Source: the human T2T-CHM13v2.0 reference genome, Homo sapiens. From it: a stretch of 64,000 bases of DNA. The notes under the pieces were generated by a model, which searched no databases, was not told the origin of the DNA, and saw only the letters and a program-made list of their open reading frames with translations. The translations under genes were made by a program, and so were the position numbers. Shown here one piece after another: positions 1 to 14,345 of the stretch. Each line of letters begins with the position of its first letter. Position 1 is the stretch's first letter. The DNA lies in the NCBI RefSeq assembly GCF_009914755.1, contig NC_060929.1. The stretch is one strand, 5' to 3'.

Positions 1-226
1 ATTGCAACCTCTGCCTCCCGGGTTCAAGCAATTCTTCTGTCTCAGCCTCTTGAGTAGCTGGGATTACAGGCGCCTGCTACCACGCCCGGCTAATTTTTGT
101 ATTTTTAGTAGAGACGGGGTTTCATCACTTTGGTCAGGCTGTTCTCGAACTCCTGACCTCGAGTGATCTGCCCGCCTCGGCCTCCCAAAGTGCTGGGATT
201 ACAGGCATGAGCCACCGTGCCCGGCC
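1..226 (-). mobile_element. Alu (AluS-like), cut by window edge
   Basis: Reverse-complement Alu consensus ending ...gagccaccgtgcccggcc. Confidence 0.95.
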
Positions 227-774
227 TTAATAATTTTAATGATGATGATCATAATTGCTGCTCACATTTATTGACAGCTTATAAATGCTTGCTGGGCACT
301 TCCATGTCACCTCATCAGAAGCAATCCCCAGGACAATCCTATAGGTAGGCAGTATCATCACTATTACTGTCCCCACTTAATAGATGAAAATACTGAGGCC
401 ACACAGCTATAAAAGGATAGATCTAAGAATTCTGTGGAGATATATAGAGTGCTTAAAGGCATGATCTCATTGGAAGGAGAGCAGTAGGGGATTGTCATGG
501 AGTGTTTGTATCATAGGCACAACTTACGGTGATTTTCTAAAGATGTCCCCAAATATATATTTTGTCAAATGAGTGAATTATGCTTTGGAGGAAGGTGGAT
601 GGGATTGTGTTGGGGTGGTTAGGGCTCCAGCCTCCAAGCTGGGGCTTCCACTGCAGACATTGTTGTTCTCCTGTTTTGTGGATGGGCTGTCTGAGGCTCA
701 GAGATTCAGTAGTGAGTTCAAGGTTCCACTGCTAGGGCAAAAGAACAAATCAGAGAGATGAAAGTGGATCTCTA

Positions 775-901
775 ACTGGGCATGGTGGCATGTGCCAGAA
801 ATCCCAGCTACTCGGGAGGCTGAGGTAGGAGGGTTGCTTAAGCCCAGGAGTTCAAGACCAGCCTGGACAACATAGTGAGACCCTGTCTCAAACAGCAAAA
901 A
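775..901 (+). mobile_element. Alu monomer (FLAM-like)
   Basis: Single ~125-bp arm: gggcatggtggc...cccaggagttcaagaccagcctgg...ccctgtctcaaa. Confidence 0.8.
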
Positions 902-1503
902 GAGTAGATCTCCTTTGGTTCTAACAAGAGGGGATGTGAGATTCAAGATCAGAGCCCACTGTCCACTCTGCTGTCTTTTCGTGCCTCGGTGTCCCCAAGC
1001 TGCTGCCCAGGAGCCCAAGGGTGGGCAGTCTTTGTCTGACACAGGAACCCCTTCACTTCACATTTAGGGGATTGAGGCCTAGTGGAGCAGGGACTCACCC
1101 ACGGCCACACAGGGGGTCAGAATTACTGTTGAGGCCAGAATCCAGAATTGTTTCAGTTCCAACCAGGAAGGGGTTTGTTTCCCAAAACCTGTCCCTACCC
1201 CACCCCTTCTTTGGCAGGCGGAGTAGCTGTCGCCCTCAGGGTGGCCCAGAGCAGTGCTGGGGGTAGAGATGAAGGTGCCTTGTGAAGACACTGCCAAGAA
1301 GGGGTGGGGCAACTTCCAAGAGGAAGAGCACCAAGAAGCCCAAACCCCAGACGGAAACCAAATGTATTTTCTGGGCCCTGAGAGGATATTTGGAACAATG
1401 GAGGTGGGATGAGGGAAGTTAAAAAGGGCTTCTTGATATCCTTAGAAAAAAAAAATACAGGCTTTAAGTTTGACTTTTGTTTCTCTGAAGGATGTTTGTG
1501 TAA

Positions 1504-1948
<445 letters not shown>

Positions 1949-2689
1949 TGAAATGGAGGCTGAGAGGTGGGGGGCCTGCTTGAGGTCACACAGTGAGGCA
2001 GCCGAGGTCTTGGATCTTCCTATGTGTTGCAAGAGGCTGTCCATCTTGACTTACCACCTCCTGGGACCTGGCTGGCATGGGGGCTGGGCGGTCACTGATG
2101 AGGGGTTCCCTTCAAAATGCTCATTGCTGCTGGGGATAGGATAAGGCCAGGTCTGGTCTTGGGCAAGATGAGCCCACTGGTGGGGAGAAGGCTGAGATGG
2201 TACACCTGGTAATGCCACCCTCATCCAGATGCCAGGCCCAGCTGTGCACCGTCTGCCCAGCAGCTGGGAGCTGTGAGTCACACCCAGTGGATACAGAGGC
2301 GCAGGCCATTGTGTGCCGTGATTCATTCTGTTCTCCCGGCCCCGAAGGGATGACGAGGCCCTGAGCACCGATCCATGCCCACGCCTGTGGATGAAAGCTG
2401 ATATGAGGAGGCCCAGGGGACCTGAGGGAGTCGGCTCCCTCTGCTACCTCCTGTCTCTTGAGTATCCTGTGATCGTGACCTGTCCATTCCCACCAGTGCA
2501 GGGGTCCATGAGCCCCCAAAGGTGCAGTGAGTTGTAGGCATTTCTGTGTTTTCTTTTTCTGAAGAAAGAGTTTGTTGGTTTCATCAGATCATCAGAAGGC
2601 TGGGTGTCCCTGTGGAGTGCTGACGGGGCCGTGTGCACTGCGGGCTTGAGAAATGGTGGCAGCGTGGTGCAAATAGAAAGTAGCCTGGT

Positions 2690-2920
2690 GGCAGTGTAGC
2701 ATCCTGGGTCAGGGTGTGGTCTTGGAGACGGGCTGTTGGCTTCTGAGCTGGCACCTCCACTTAGGAGCTGTGTGACATTGGGTAAGTTACTTTGTCTGTG
2801 CTTCCTCAGTAAAATGGCAATAACAGTATTTATCTCATGGTGTTATAGTTAGACTTTTAGGTAAGTTAATGTTTGTAAAGGACTTACCTCGTGCTTGGTA
2901 CAAAGTAATCATTTGGTAAA
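2690..2920 (+). mobile_element. MIR fragment
   Basis: MIR core-like agctgtgtgacattgggtaagttactt...cagtaaaatggcaataacagta. Confidence 0.6.
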
Positions 2921-5900
2921 AGTTTGCTGTTGGTAGTTCTAGCTCTGCTATGAATTTGCTGAGTGATCTTGTAAGTGTCTGATCCTGGGGTCTTAGTCTC
3001 CACCCCTGGCTCCGCACTCTGTGCTGGGCTTTCTAGGAGCTGCAGGACCAGCTTAGAGAGCAGGGGTGGGCAGGGGAGGTAGGGGAAACCCTTTCTGCAT
3101 TCTGGGACTCCCTAGCCCAGGCCCTCCCTGGCTTTGTCCTGAGGCAGGGTTATGTAACCAGCCGGGTCTGGCCAGGCAGGGCACGATTCTCAACCTCCTT
3201 TTGTCCCTCCATTGTCTCTTTCTCTCCCTTCCCCCCACGGAGCTGTCGTTAGCTGACCTGTTCCTCAAGCTCCAGGGATGAAATTGGACCCTTGCTATTC
3301 TGCCACCAATTGATTTAGTTTAGTCCAGAGGTTTGCTGGGCTGGCGGCCCCTCCTCCCGCTACCTGGGGACAGCACTAAACTGATACCTCTATGCCTGCT
3401 TCATGCCTCCTTTTTGGGGAGGAAACACAGGAGTCTAGATGACTTGGGCTCTTGGTCCAGCCTGCCAGGTTGTAGGGACAGGATGTTCCTGCCTATGGCC
3501 TCTGAAGTTCTAGAGGTACACCCCACTCCCTATCCAGGATTCCTTCCCCAGAAGAGCCTTCTCCATCCTTGCAGCCCAGCACCAATGCCTTCTCTTCCAG
3601 GAAGCCTTCCAAGGTACCTCAGCTGCAGGGAAGTTGGCCTCTACTGAGCTCCACAGTGTGTTCTCTGTCCCTTTTAAGAAAACAGAGGTCACAAACTGGC
3701 AGGCCACATTTGCCCTATGGGCAGATTTTGTTTGGTCCATGCCAAATATTGAGCTGGTTGCCAACCAGAGGTTTTACATAAAAACTCAGACTTCTGGCTT
3801 TATTTCAAAAATTGGAAGACAGGAAAACCTTGAGCCTACATTCTCCAGGGGTCATTGCTGGAGGTGAGGCATGTACACTTCACCCCATCCCCAGCCAGCC
3901 ATTTCATATGCTTACATGATCTTTCTGGTCACTGGAGGCATCTGAGTTTGCAACCCTGTCCTTAAGCTATGAACCACTTTCTCTCCTACCTTGTTCCTTT
4001 GTGGGCTCTTCTAAGGCAGCGGGTGTAAGGGCTGTGGGCTGAATCACCTTTGTGTCCCTCGAAGCATGGAAGCATTGGAGCATCATGCTTAGGCTCAGGA
4101 CGGTTTCCCCAGTAGGAGCATAACAAGTGCTTCCTGTGTGAAAGCAGGTGTGGCCATGGTCTATCCCTCCAGCTGTGAAGGTTCCATTTGCTAGAGGCCT
4201 CTGGGTCAGCCTGCTCTGTGACCCTCGAATCCTCCCCCAAGATAAGCTCTGCCTGCGTAGCCACTGACCCAGGCGGCTTCTTAAGCTGCAGATAACAGTC
4301 CCTGAAAGGGCGGGCCCCACCCTGCAGTGTAACCAAGGAGAGGAGCATCCACCTGCAGCTGTCACCAGGTCTTACTCTCATGGTGGGCTTGGAGGAGTTT
4401 AGGGAGGGGAGGACTGTGCTCAGCAGCCTTCAGAGGATATCAGGTCCAGACCTCTGTGTGCTGAGGCCAGCAGGGTGAAGAGGGGTGTGGACCAGTTCAG
4501 ATGTTTACTGGCCTGGGCTTCTTCTCCATTGGGCCTCTCTGTGCTTTCTCCTCCTAGAGTATGTTGCTTTATCCGACAGCTCCCTTGTCCAACTGTCTGT
4601 CCCGTCAAGGTTTATTTAACTCATTCAATTGAAATCTTAAGTATTCCCTGGGGCCTGCTAAGATGTCTTCTCCTGGAAGAGGTCTTAGCTGAGAGGTTGC
4701 AATTGTTCTGGCTACAGGAAAAACCTGGGAAGCTTGCAAAAATGCATGCAGATTGCTGCCCCCACCCGCTGCCTCCTGCTCTGATTCTTTCATTCTAGGG
4801 TGTAGCCTCCCCATCCTGAGAACATTCAGACCAGGGGGTCTATAGACCACTCTTTAAGGACTGTCTTAGTGCATGGAGCCCAGGGCTGGTAGGGAGGAGC
4901 CTTGGGTGGCTGTTGTGCTGGGCGACATTAACCATGCCCCTTTCTCTCTCTGGGCTACTCTTTTGCCCCCTGTGCCAATGTTCTGGGCTTCCCCAGTTGT
5001 CGTGGCTGAGTGCAATGTGAGCTATCCTTGGAGAGGATAACACAGAGTGGATTGGGGCAGGTGCCAGTGTCTGGGTGGGGTGAGGGCTGCCAGTCCTGGC
5101 CCCACCCTAGCCAGGCCCAGAGGAGTTTCACATTCACATTAGGGAACAGGTCAGGAGAGGAGGCAGACTGAAAGCCTGGCTCAAAGTGGGCAAGTGCTGT
5201 GCCCCTGGTATCAGGCCCCACAGGGAAAGCCTGGCCTGGGTGGCCCAGTGACCTGGCCACAGGCTGAGGGGCTCTCCTGCTGTGTGGTCCTGTGGCAGGC
5301 AGGCTGAAACATCAAGTGCAGGCATGAACAAGCCATTTACAGCCGGGTAAACTGAGGTACATAGAGGGAAGACACTCTCCTAATGTCACTTGAGTGGGTG
5401 GAAAGCTGGGCTGGGACCCCAGGTCTTCCAATGCCAGGCAAGGCCACACTCTTCCATCTCCACCTCCCTCTGCAGGGGCAGTGGCAGATCATCTAGCTGG
5501 GACAATCATCTGATTGTCTATGACGACCTAGTTAGAGCCTGGAAAAATGAACCATCGTCACAGCCACCCCGGAGGCATGAAACCGGTTGGGTGTGCAAAT
5601 TACCCCTCAAACATTCTCCATCCCATTTTTTGTTGTTGTTGTTTTGTCTTTCCTTAAACTATCTGATGGGACAGCTGCCTCTGTGCCCGCTTCCGCCTGA
5701 CACTGGGCTTCGTGCTCTTCATTCTGAGAACAAAGCTTCCTTCTGATAGTCCTCCTGCTGACCACAGGAAAAGGGCAAGCGTAGCACCAGCCTCCCTCCT
5801 CTGCCTCCTCTTGCTGGGAGCATGGGGTAGGCAGCCTTGGATGGATGCTGGAAAGGCCATGAAGGTGGGTGGCGGCGGTCCAGTCCACATTCCCTCTGGC

Positions 5901-6169
5901 AGCCCAACTGTCAGGACTCAGAAGTTCTCCCTCATGGCCAAAAGGAGAGGAAAAGGCACCGGACAGGGACAAACGTAAAGTCTTGTCATCCATTGGTCCA
6001 AGCAGTCAATTGGACTAGAACAGGACTGGGAATTTGGCTGGGAACTGGCCAGGCGAAAACCCTCAGGGTTTTAGCTGGCCCAGGTTGAGTCTTGTATCAG
6101 CCTCTAGCCCCTGGTCTGTAGGGGCTGTGTAAGCCTAAAGTTGTGTGTTCAGATGAGGGAGACAATAGT

Positions 6170-6990
6170 CCCTCATTCAGTATATTTGTATTAAACATCT
6201 ACTTTGGTCCAGGCTCTTTTCTAGAACTGGGATGCAGCAGTGAACAAAACACATGGAGACCCTGTTTTGGACGTGGGGCTGACATTTGAGTGGTGGGATG
6301 AAATGAACAGCCCAACAAGCTCACTGTCAGGTGGTGAGATGTGCCTGGAAGAAAAATAAAACTGGCTTGTGGGTCAAGAGTGTGATTTGGGGGAGTGACC
6401 CAGCCATGTCAGGTGGTCAGGATGGTCCCTGGTGAGGGGCAGTAGACTCCGGGAGGGTGGCCCACGGGAAATTGAGGGAAGAATTTTCCAGGCAGAGGGA
6501 GCTGCAGGGCAAAGGCGCTGGAACTGGAGGGCATGGGTGGCCAGAGGCAGGGCTGAAAGAATGAGAGGATGGTGGAGGAGAGGGGCCAGAGGGCATGTGG
6601 AGACAGGTAGGGCCTCTTGGCCATGGGGAGGACTTTGTTGTTTGAGTCTGAGTGGAGGGGAAGCTGCTGGCGGGCCCGATGTGAGGACTGACTGGTTTGG
6701 GTACACATTTTAGAGAGACTGCTGGGGGTGAGGGTGGACGCAGGATGACTAGCTGGGAGGCTGCTGCAGTCTTGCCACGAGAGAGGTTGGGCGAGTCAGT
6801 GGTGGGTGGGGACGGCGGGGGAGCAACCAGGGGTTGGTTCTGGATTTATTTTGCAGGATGAGCTGATGGGATTTGCTGATGGATTAGATGTGGGGTGTGA
6901 GAATAGAGTGTTGACCGCAAGGTTTCTGGCTTGAGGAACTGGAAGGACAGTTGGACAGTATTGCTATTTACCAAGACAGAGAAGGCTGTG
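6170..6990 (-). mobile_element. L2 3' fragment
   Basis: tcattcagtatatttgtattaaacatctact...gcagtgaacaaaaca...ggatttgctgatggattagatgtggggtgtgag, typical antisense L2 3' end. Confidence 0.7.
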
Positions 6991-7701
6991 GGACAAGCAG
7001 GTTTGGGAAGAGCAATTAAGATTTGGGGTCAGCTGTGCTGGGGTGGGGCCTATGCTGGTGGGGGAGGGGCATGGTGCACATGGGTGCTGGGTCCTGCATG
7101 TTCCTGTTGCTGTCAGGAACAGCAACAGGGGTTGTGTGAGGGGCCCCAATGCTAGGAGTCTGTTCTGTGAGAACAAATGTTTCCTGGTCCCTTCATGTCC
7201 TTTTCTCTCTCTGCAAACCTCCCTCTGCTTTTCTCTTCCTTTTGGACGAGGAAAAAGGCAGATTCTGAAGCCTCATTGTCACTGTGATGGTCCTAGCCTT
7301 TCTGCCTGGCATGCCTCCTGACAGGGAGTTCCTTCTGGGGTAGGCAAGGTTGGGGGCGGAAGGGTGGGGTGGAGGTTCAGGCCTTATCCTGGCTCTGCTA
7401 CCAACAGAGCTCTTTGCCTTGGTTTCCCCTCCTGTATGGAGAAGGGTTGAGGTGGCCCCAGGGTTCTGAGGGTGGCAGGGAGCATTTGAGGAGGCCACAT
7501 GGCACAGTGGTTAAGAATCTGGGCTTGGGGTCAGGCAGGCATGGGCATGAATCCTTGCCTGCTGCTTGGCTGTGAGACTGTGGACGAGTAACATAACCTC
7601 TCTGAGCCTCAATTTTCTCATCTGTAGAAATGGGCCAGTGATAGTACCTGCCTCACAGGGTTACTGTGAGGTTGAATGAGGAAATGTCCATAAAGCACTT
7701 A

Positions 7702-8011
<310 letters not shown>

Positions 8012-10324
8012 TAAAGCACTTAGCAAGGCCCTGGCATATAGCACACCTAGTAAACCAAGGCCTCTGCTCACAGTGACCCATGCAGGCAGGCAGGTAAGGG
8101 GCTTGGCCTAGTGAGTGGGAGGAACCGTGGGAGGTTATTGAATAGGAGCATGCCAGGCATGTGGTTTGATGGGGCAGCTGTGAGTGTGGAGACTTGGGCT
8201 GAGTTTTCTTAGCAAGTCCAAGAGCCCCTTCCACCTTCCAGAGTGAGAGCTGCGGGCCGGCCCTAATGGACCATCTTCCTTTCCCTAGCCAAGGGTCTTC
8301 ATTGGCTTGGCATGGGCAGCCTCTGTTTTGCACAGGTCCCTTGGGGTGGGGTGGTCATTTTCCTTAAGGCCTCCTATAGGACCCCTTGTCTCTATATCCC
8401 AGTGGCTAGCCTTAGGGAAATGTGAGGGAAGGGCTTTGGGGGTGTGTGACATCAAAGGGACTTAATTTACGTGTAGGTAGGGCTCTGGACAGGGCTGATG
8501 GGTCAGGCGGATCCTGGAGTGGCAGTCCACTGGACACTGGGAGTGACCTCGGTTTCTGGTCTGCATCCAGGCTGGGTGGTGCTTGCTCCAGCAGAGCCGT
8601 GGAGAGGTTGACAATGGGTGGAATGTGGCCCCTTCAGAACCCACACTTCACTGGTGCCCAGGCATGCCAGCCAAGCCCTCTGCTTCTGCAAGCCTGTTTC
8701 CCAGCAGTTGAGCTGTGCCAGGACAGCCAAGGACATTTCAGAGTCCCCAGGGCTCATAGCCAGGCTGTCACCGGGCATTGCTTATTTTCCCAGGGCCCAG
8801 GAGTCTTCAGGGATGGTGGGGGTTCTGGAGATGTTCCAAGGACTTTTCTTAACAGCTTGGTAAATTGAGGTCTGGAGAGAGCAAGGCACTTGACCAAGGT
8901 CTCACAAGGCCGCCTCCCTCATATCTGCCACTCCCCTCTGTTTCCGTGTCCTCTGCACAGACTCCTGGCCTTCTGCCTGGACGTTTGTAACAACCTCCCT
9001 CTTGTGGGCTCCCTAAGAGCTTTGTTTGTCCTCCATTATCGTAATCTTGCCATAATCTGCCAGATGCACACACTATTTGATGTGTCTACCTCCTGTCCCC
9101 TCCACTGACTGCCCGTGACAGAGTCTCCCCGACAGAGCTGTGCAGCATGAGGTTTAGGCCCCAGGCTCTGGAGCCAGTCTGAACTCTGTTTGGATGCCAG
9201 CTCTGCCCCTTCCTGGCCTGGTGACCTTGGGCATGATACCCTACTTTTCTGAGCTGCTGTCTTTGTGAAATGAAAACAGTAGCAATACTTAGTTGATAGG
9301 AATGTCAGGACAGTTAAATGGGATAACGTGTGAAATGCAGAGTACAACACCTGGTACCAAGTAAACTCTCAGAAATGGTCATCATTGTCCCAAAGGCCCA
9401 TCAGTTGGTTGAACTGGAAAGTCGTGAGCATGGAGGAGTAGACCCAAGCTTGGACTGGGAGGCAGAGGATGTGGGCTCCAAGTTCATCTCAAACATTGTG
9501 TTCCTGTGTGCGTGTTGGGAAGCCACTTATCCTCTGGAAACCCCACTTTCCTTTTCTGAGAAAGGGGGAAGAAATCCCTGCTATACTTTAATAAAGTTGG
9601 CATGTGATACCGCAGCAATGCCTGTGAAAATGCTTTGCATCTGTGTAATGATTTAAAAATGGCACAGCGGTGGCTGTGGTGTGCTGATGGCGATGAGGGC
9701 ATTGTAACCACAGTGGTGGGCAGCTGGCCGGGCTGGAGGCTGGTTCATCTGTGGAATGCTTAGTGCCCACACGGACTTCCCCATCCCTGCCTACCTGCTC
9801 CCGGCTGTCCACCAGCCTGCCTTCACATTAGCCCCGGCATTATATGCTAGAAAATGTGGGAGGTGCAAAGAGCTGATGGCATTTCCCCAGCCCTGGTGGG
9901 TTTTCTGTTATCTGTGGCTGATGCCATGGAATGTGGGGATTAAGAACCAGACAGATGCTGGTTCGAATCTCAGCTAAGCACTTCCCAACAGGGACCTTAA
10001 GCAAGTTGCTTAATCTCTGTGGACCTCAGGCTCCATATTTGTAAAATGAGGCCATGATCAAGTAGAGGCCAAGCATTTAACAAAGAGCCCAGAACATAAT
10101 GGCATCAGGTGGTTGTATAATGTGTATTCTGCCTGGAACGTGGTCACTGACAACGTGGTGACTGACAGGTTATCGATGGCAGGAAGCTGGGGCCACTGTG
10201 CCCATTTCGGGGATTTGCTGCAGAGGTCGGTTATGCTCCCTACAGAATAACCCAGCTTAGATTTAGGAGGGTCTATGGAATCATATGGCATGATTCAATT
10301 TTTTAAATTAACTCGTTTTTTAAA

Positions 10325-10488
10325 ATTTTATTTTTTTTAGAGATGGGGTCTTGCTGTATCTCCCAGGCTGCAGTGCCATAGTGCAGTTGTAGCTCACTGC
10401 GGCCTTGAATGCCCGGGCTTCCAGCAATCCTCCTACCTCAGCCTCCTGAATAGCTGGGACTACAGGCTCGTGTCACCATGCCTGGCTT
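10325..10488 (-). mobile_element. Old Alu arm (AluJ/FRAM-like)
   Basis: Poly-T, gagatggggtcttgc...tagctgggactacagg. Confidence 0.8.
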
Positions 10489-10666
10489 CATGATTCTGTT
10501 TTATGTGACCAAACTGAGGCCGAGAAAGGAGTGGTACTTGCCTGAGGTCACAGGCAGGTTGTGTAAGAAGGCCGGGCCTAGGATGAGGCAAGTGAGGCAT
10601 CTAAGTGCAGCGTCTCAGGAGGTGCCCGCTGTGTGCTTGCACATTGTGGAGAATAAGAACCTTTGT

Positions 10667-10958
10667 TTTTGAGAGAGGGTCTAGCTGTGTCGCACAGGTT
10701 GGAGTGCAGTGGTGCAATCTGGGCTTACTGTAGCCTCAACCTCCTGGGCTCAGGTGATCCTCGCACCTCAGCCCTCCCATATAACTGACTATAGGCACAC
10801 GCCACTACGCTGTCTAATTTTTGTAATTTTTTTTTGTAGAGAAGGGGTTTTGCCATGTTGCCCAGGCTGGTGTTGAACTCCTGGTCTCAAACTCCTGGGT
10901 CAACCTGCCTTGAGCTCCCAAAGTGTTGGGATGACAGGCGTGAGCCACTGCACCTGGC
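10667..10958 (-). mobile_element. AluJ-like element
   Basis: Diverged two-arm Alu ending gagccactgcacctggc. Confidence 0.85.
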
Positions 10959-12539
10959 AGTGAGCACCTTCTAAAAGGCTCCTCGCGGGCCTCACCTGAG
11001 CCTAGTCCTGGGTGAGTTCCTGATCTAGGACTGGAACCCTGGTCTCCTGGCCCCATGAACTGTTCTGGACCCCTGCGAGGTACTTTTTAGAGTCTCGCTG
11101 AGGCCTCCTATTCCTCTTTAAAAGGAGCCTCTGTGAAGTAGGTCACCCAGTGCTTTTTGCTCCACGTTTCTGTTCTCTAGCTGTTGTCTGTGTCCTAGAG
11201 AAAGCCGGGCCCACTTGCCCCCACCTCTCCCCACCTTCTGCCCCCTCCCCCTGCCAGCTGCGCCTCCATGTAAGTACTTTGAGTCCCTTAACACCCCAAG
11301 GCGTGTTGGTGGCCAGCTTTTGTCGTGATGACAAGCCCCAGCAAGTCTACAGGGACTGGCTGCTTTCATGTGGGCCCTCGGTGAAGCCTCCTTGGTCTCA
11401 GCAGGCCCTGTGTTGTACCCACCAGGCCTCTAGGAGATTAGGGGGCTTCTGTGGCTCCAGATGGCTCAAAGCTTTTCCCTTCCTCTGTGTTATCCCTAGC
11501 CCACCTGGCTTCCGTCCTCACTGGCCACGGGGCTTGGGGGATTTTCAGTCTCTCCAAGGCTCTGGCATCTTCCAGAGTGGGCTAGTCTTGGAGTGTCCAT
11601 CTGAGCCATTCTTTCTGTCACCACTGCTGGGCCTGCCTGCTGGGCCTTAGGTGACTTCTTGAGAGGTGGCCAAAGCTGCTAATCCCTGGAAGGGGCTCCT
11701 AGGATTTCCCTGTGGCTGGCAGGACCCTTGGCCACCCACGTGGTGTGACATGAGGAGCCTGGAAAGCCAGCCCAACCTCCATCCTTAAGCCCCACGTATA
11801 AACATACCTTTTTTTTTTTTTTAACTGCAGCTCTCAGAGCCTGCAGTTCTACTGTTGTCAGGTTGCCTTGTGCTCTCCTTGGCATCCTCTAAGAAGGCAA
11901 ATACCTTTTCAGCTGGGTGCTTTTAAGCATTTGCTGTCAAGAAGCAAGCCCTGGCCAGCCTGGCCCTTTTCCAGTGTTCTGTGTGACCGTGGCCAAGTTG
12001 CTTCTCTTCTCTGGGTCTCGTCTTTGTAAGACCCTTTTCAGCTCTAGCACTTTGAGGCTCCAGCATGGATTCTTACACCCTCCACACCTTTGCCGGTCAC
12101 CTTTCTTCCTTCTCTGCAGGGTGGGGCACAGGGAAGGGCCTGGCAGCTGAGCTGGGTGGGGCCAGGGGCCAAAAGCCAGCATCATAGACACTTTTCCCTC
12201 CAGCTGGGCATACCAGTCCTTCCTCTTCTTCTCAGGACAGGTGGGGAAACTGAGGTCTGGAGGGGGAAGGGCCAGGGCTGGAACCAGGACCCAGTTATCC
12301 TTATTGCCAGTGAGTGCTCCTCCTGCTGTTGGCTGCTACCTCTCTTGAGAGGGTCAGAAGACCCACTAGCATGAGGGTCAGGGACATGCTTTTTCCTTTC
12401 CCGTGGAAGGCTCCTCCAGGCAGGGCTTGGGTGAGGCAGGCGAGGTGCCAGTGGTTCCCTGGGCACGGGGCAGAATCGGAGGAGGACATCCTCTTTCTGA
12501 GGTTAAGGAGGTAGGGGCTGGAGGCCTTGACAAGGGAGG

Positions 12540-12768
12540 TGGCATGAAGGGGCGTGGAGGTTTCTAGGAACGTGGTTGGTGGCGCAGGGTGCTCTAGGGC
12601 CACCTCCCTCCCTTGCTTCTGCCTTCCCTTTCTCCTGGGGAGGGGACTGGGCCAACAGTAATGCCATTTTTCCTGGCCCTGGGATTAGGTGCAGCCGTGT
12701 TAAGGAGAGGACATTCGAGAGGGCGTGGCGAAGTGAAGAGGAACCTCACGCCACTGCCTGGAGCTCCG
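12540..12768 (+). promoter_or_regulatory. NDST1: Candidate NDST1 promoter and non-coding first exon
   Basis: Sp/KLF-type boxes GGGGCGTGG (12549-12557) and GGGCGTGG (12721-12728), local CpG enrichment, donor-like CCG|GTGGGT (GT at 12769). Exon 2 has an acceptor, so an upstream exon must exist. The TSS cannot be determined from sequence. Confidence 0.45.
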
Positions 12769-12862
12769 GTGGGTCTGGGTCTGGTCATTGTCTCGCTGGC
12801 TCCTGTCCACTCTGACCACTGTCCCTGGCCCCCTGCCCTGTCCAGTCCTTCCAGGTCCATCT

Positions 12863-12864
<2 letters not shown>

Positions 12865-12894
<30 letters not shown>
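12865..12894. repeat. (GT)n microsatellite
   Basis: ~15 GT units. Confidence 0.95.
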
Positions 12895-12897
<3 letters not shown>

Positions 12898-14064
12898 CAG
12901 GAGGGATCTGGGGGTACAGGCTGGCACTTGAGCCTGGCACTGGGTCCTGCCTTCATTCCAGATCAGAAGCAGCTCCCGGAACTGCCCCAGGGAGAGGTCT
13001 AGGCTGACCTGGCAGATTCCTGATGGAGGAGAAGGAGGAGGAGGCTGAGGGATGGGAAGGAAGGGCTCAGTTTCTCCTGTGGCTTCTCCAGACAGCTAGG
13101 CATGTCCACAAATCCACCTGAAGCCAGCAGGTCCAAGAGTTTAAAGATTTATTTCAGGGCCACGGGGGAAGCTGAAATGGTGAGATCCCAGGGCTCTCAG
13201 ATGTTGTGTTTGTGGCTTTGGTCCTGTCTAGACTGTGAGAGCCATGGCTTGTCAAAGCCAGAGGGGCCCCTAGAGAATTTCCATGTTCTTAACTTGGCTT
13301 TTGATGGGGGCCAGTCACAACCACTCTGAATTTGTGTGTCTGGGGAGAGAATCTGCTAATAGCCATCATTAGATTCTCAAAGGGTTCTATAACCCCCAGA
13401 AGGTCACAGACTTCTCCTCTAGTCCATACCCCTCACTGCAGTTGCAGAAACTGAGGCTCAGAGAAGGGAAGGGACTTGCCCAGAGACTCACAGGCGGCAA
13501 TGGAGGCTGTGGCACCCCCTGCCTCTGTCTTCCTGCCAGCATTCTGCCTGACCTTACAAGCTGGGGAAGCTTGGCTCATTCAGGGGACAATGACCTCTCA
13601 TCCCCTGATGAGAGGAAGGGGATGACTGGGAGGGAAGGACTGGGAGGCTGTTGTGGTTTCCAGGCCCGCATGGATTTTGGCTTCTGCATCCTTGAGATGG
13701 AGGCCCCTGAGTCTGCCTGTGCCTTGGAATCTCTCAGGGTGTATCTGAGGCCTGGAGTCGGGCATGCGGGAGGGTGGGGGCTAGTGGTGACCCACATTTC
13801 CCAGCTCCTCTGCAGGGGAGGCAGATAGGGGAGAAGCTCAGGGTGTGATAAAATTGTTTTTACTTCACTGGGCATAAATGACAAATAAATGAAGTGAGGG
13901 TTGGGAAGTGCTTGGTAGAGCGCCTGGCACATGCCAGGCCGTGAGGCGAGGTGCTCACCATTGTCCTTTGCGGTGCCCTGCTAGCTGAGATCTCCTGCTT
14001 CTGACCCTCGCTCCTGCCTCTTCCTTAGCATGAGGCCTCTGCCTGGGGCAGGAGGTGGCCCCCC

Positions 14065-14345
<281 letters not shown>

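Noticed and set aside
10139-10168. 15-bp imperfect tandem duplication cgtggt(c/g)actgaca
   Set aside because: Two copies only; ordinary slippage
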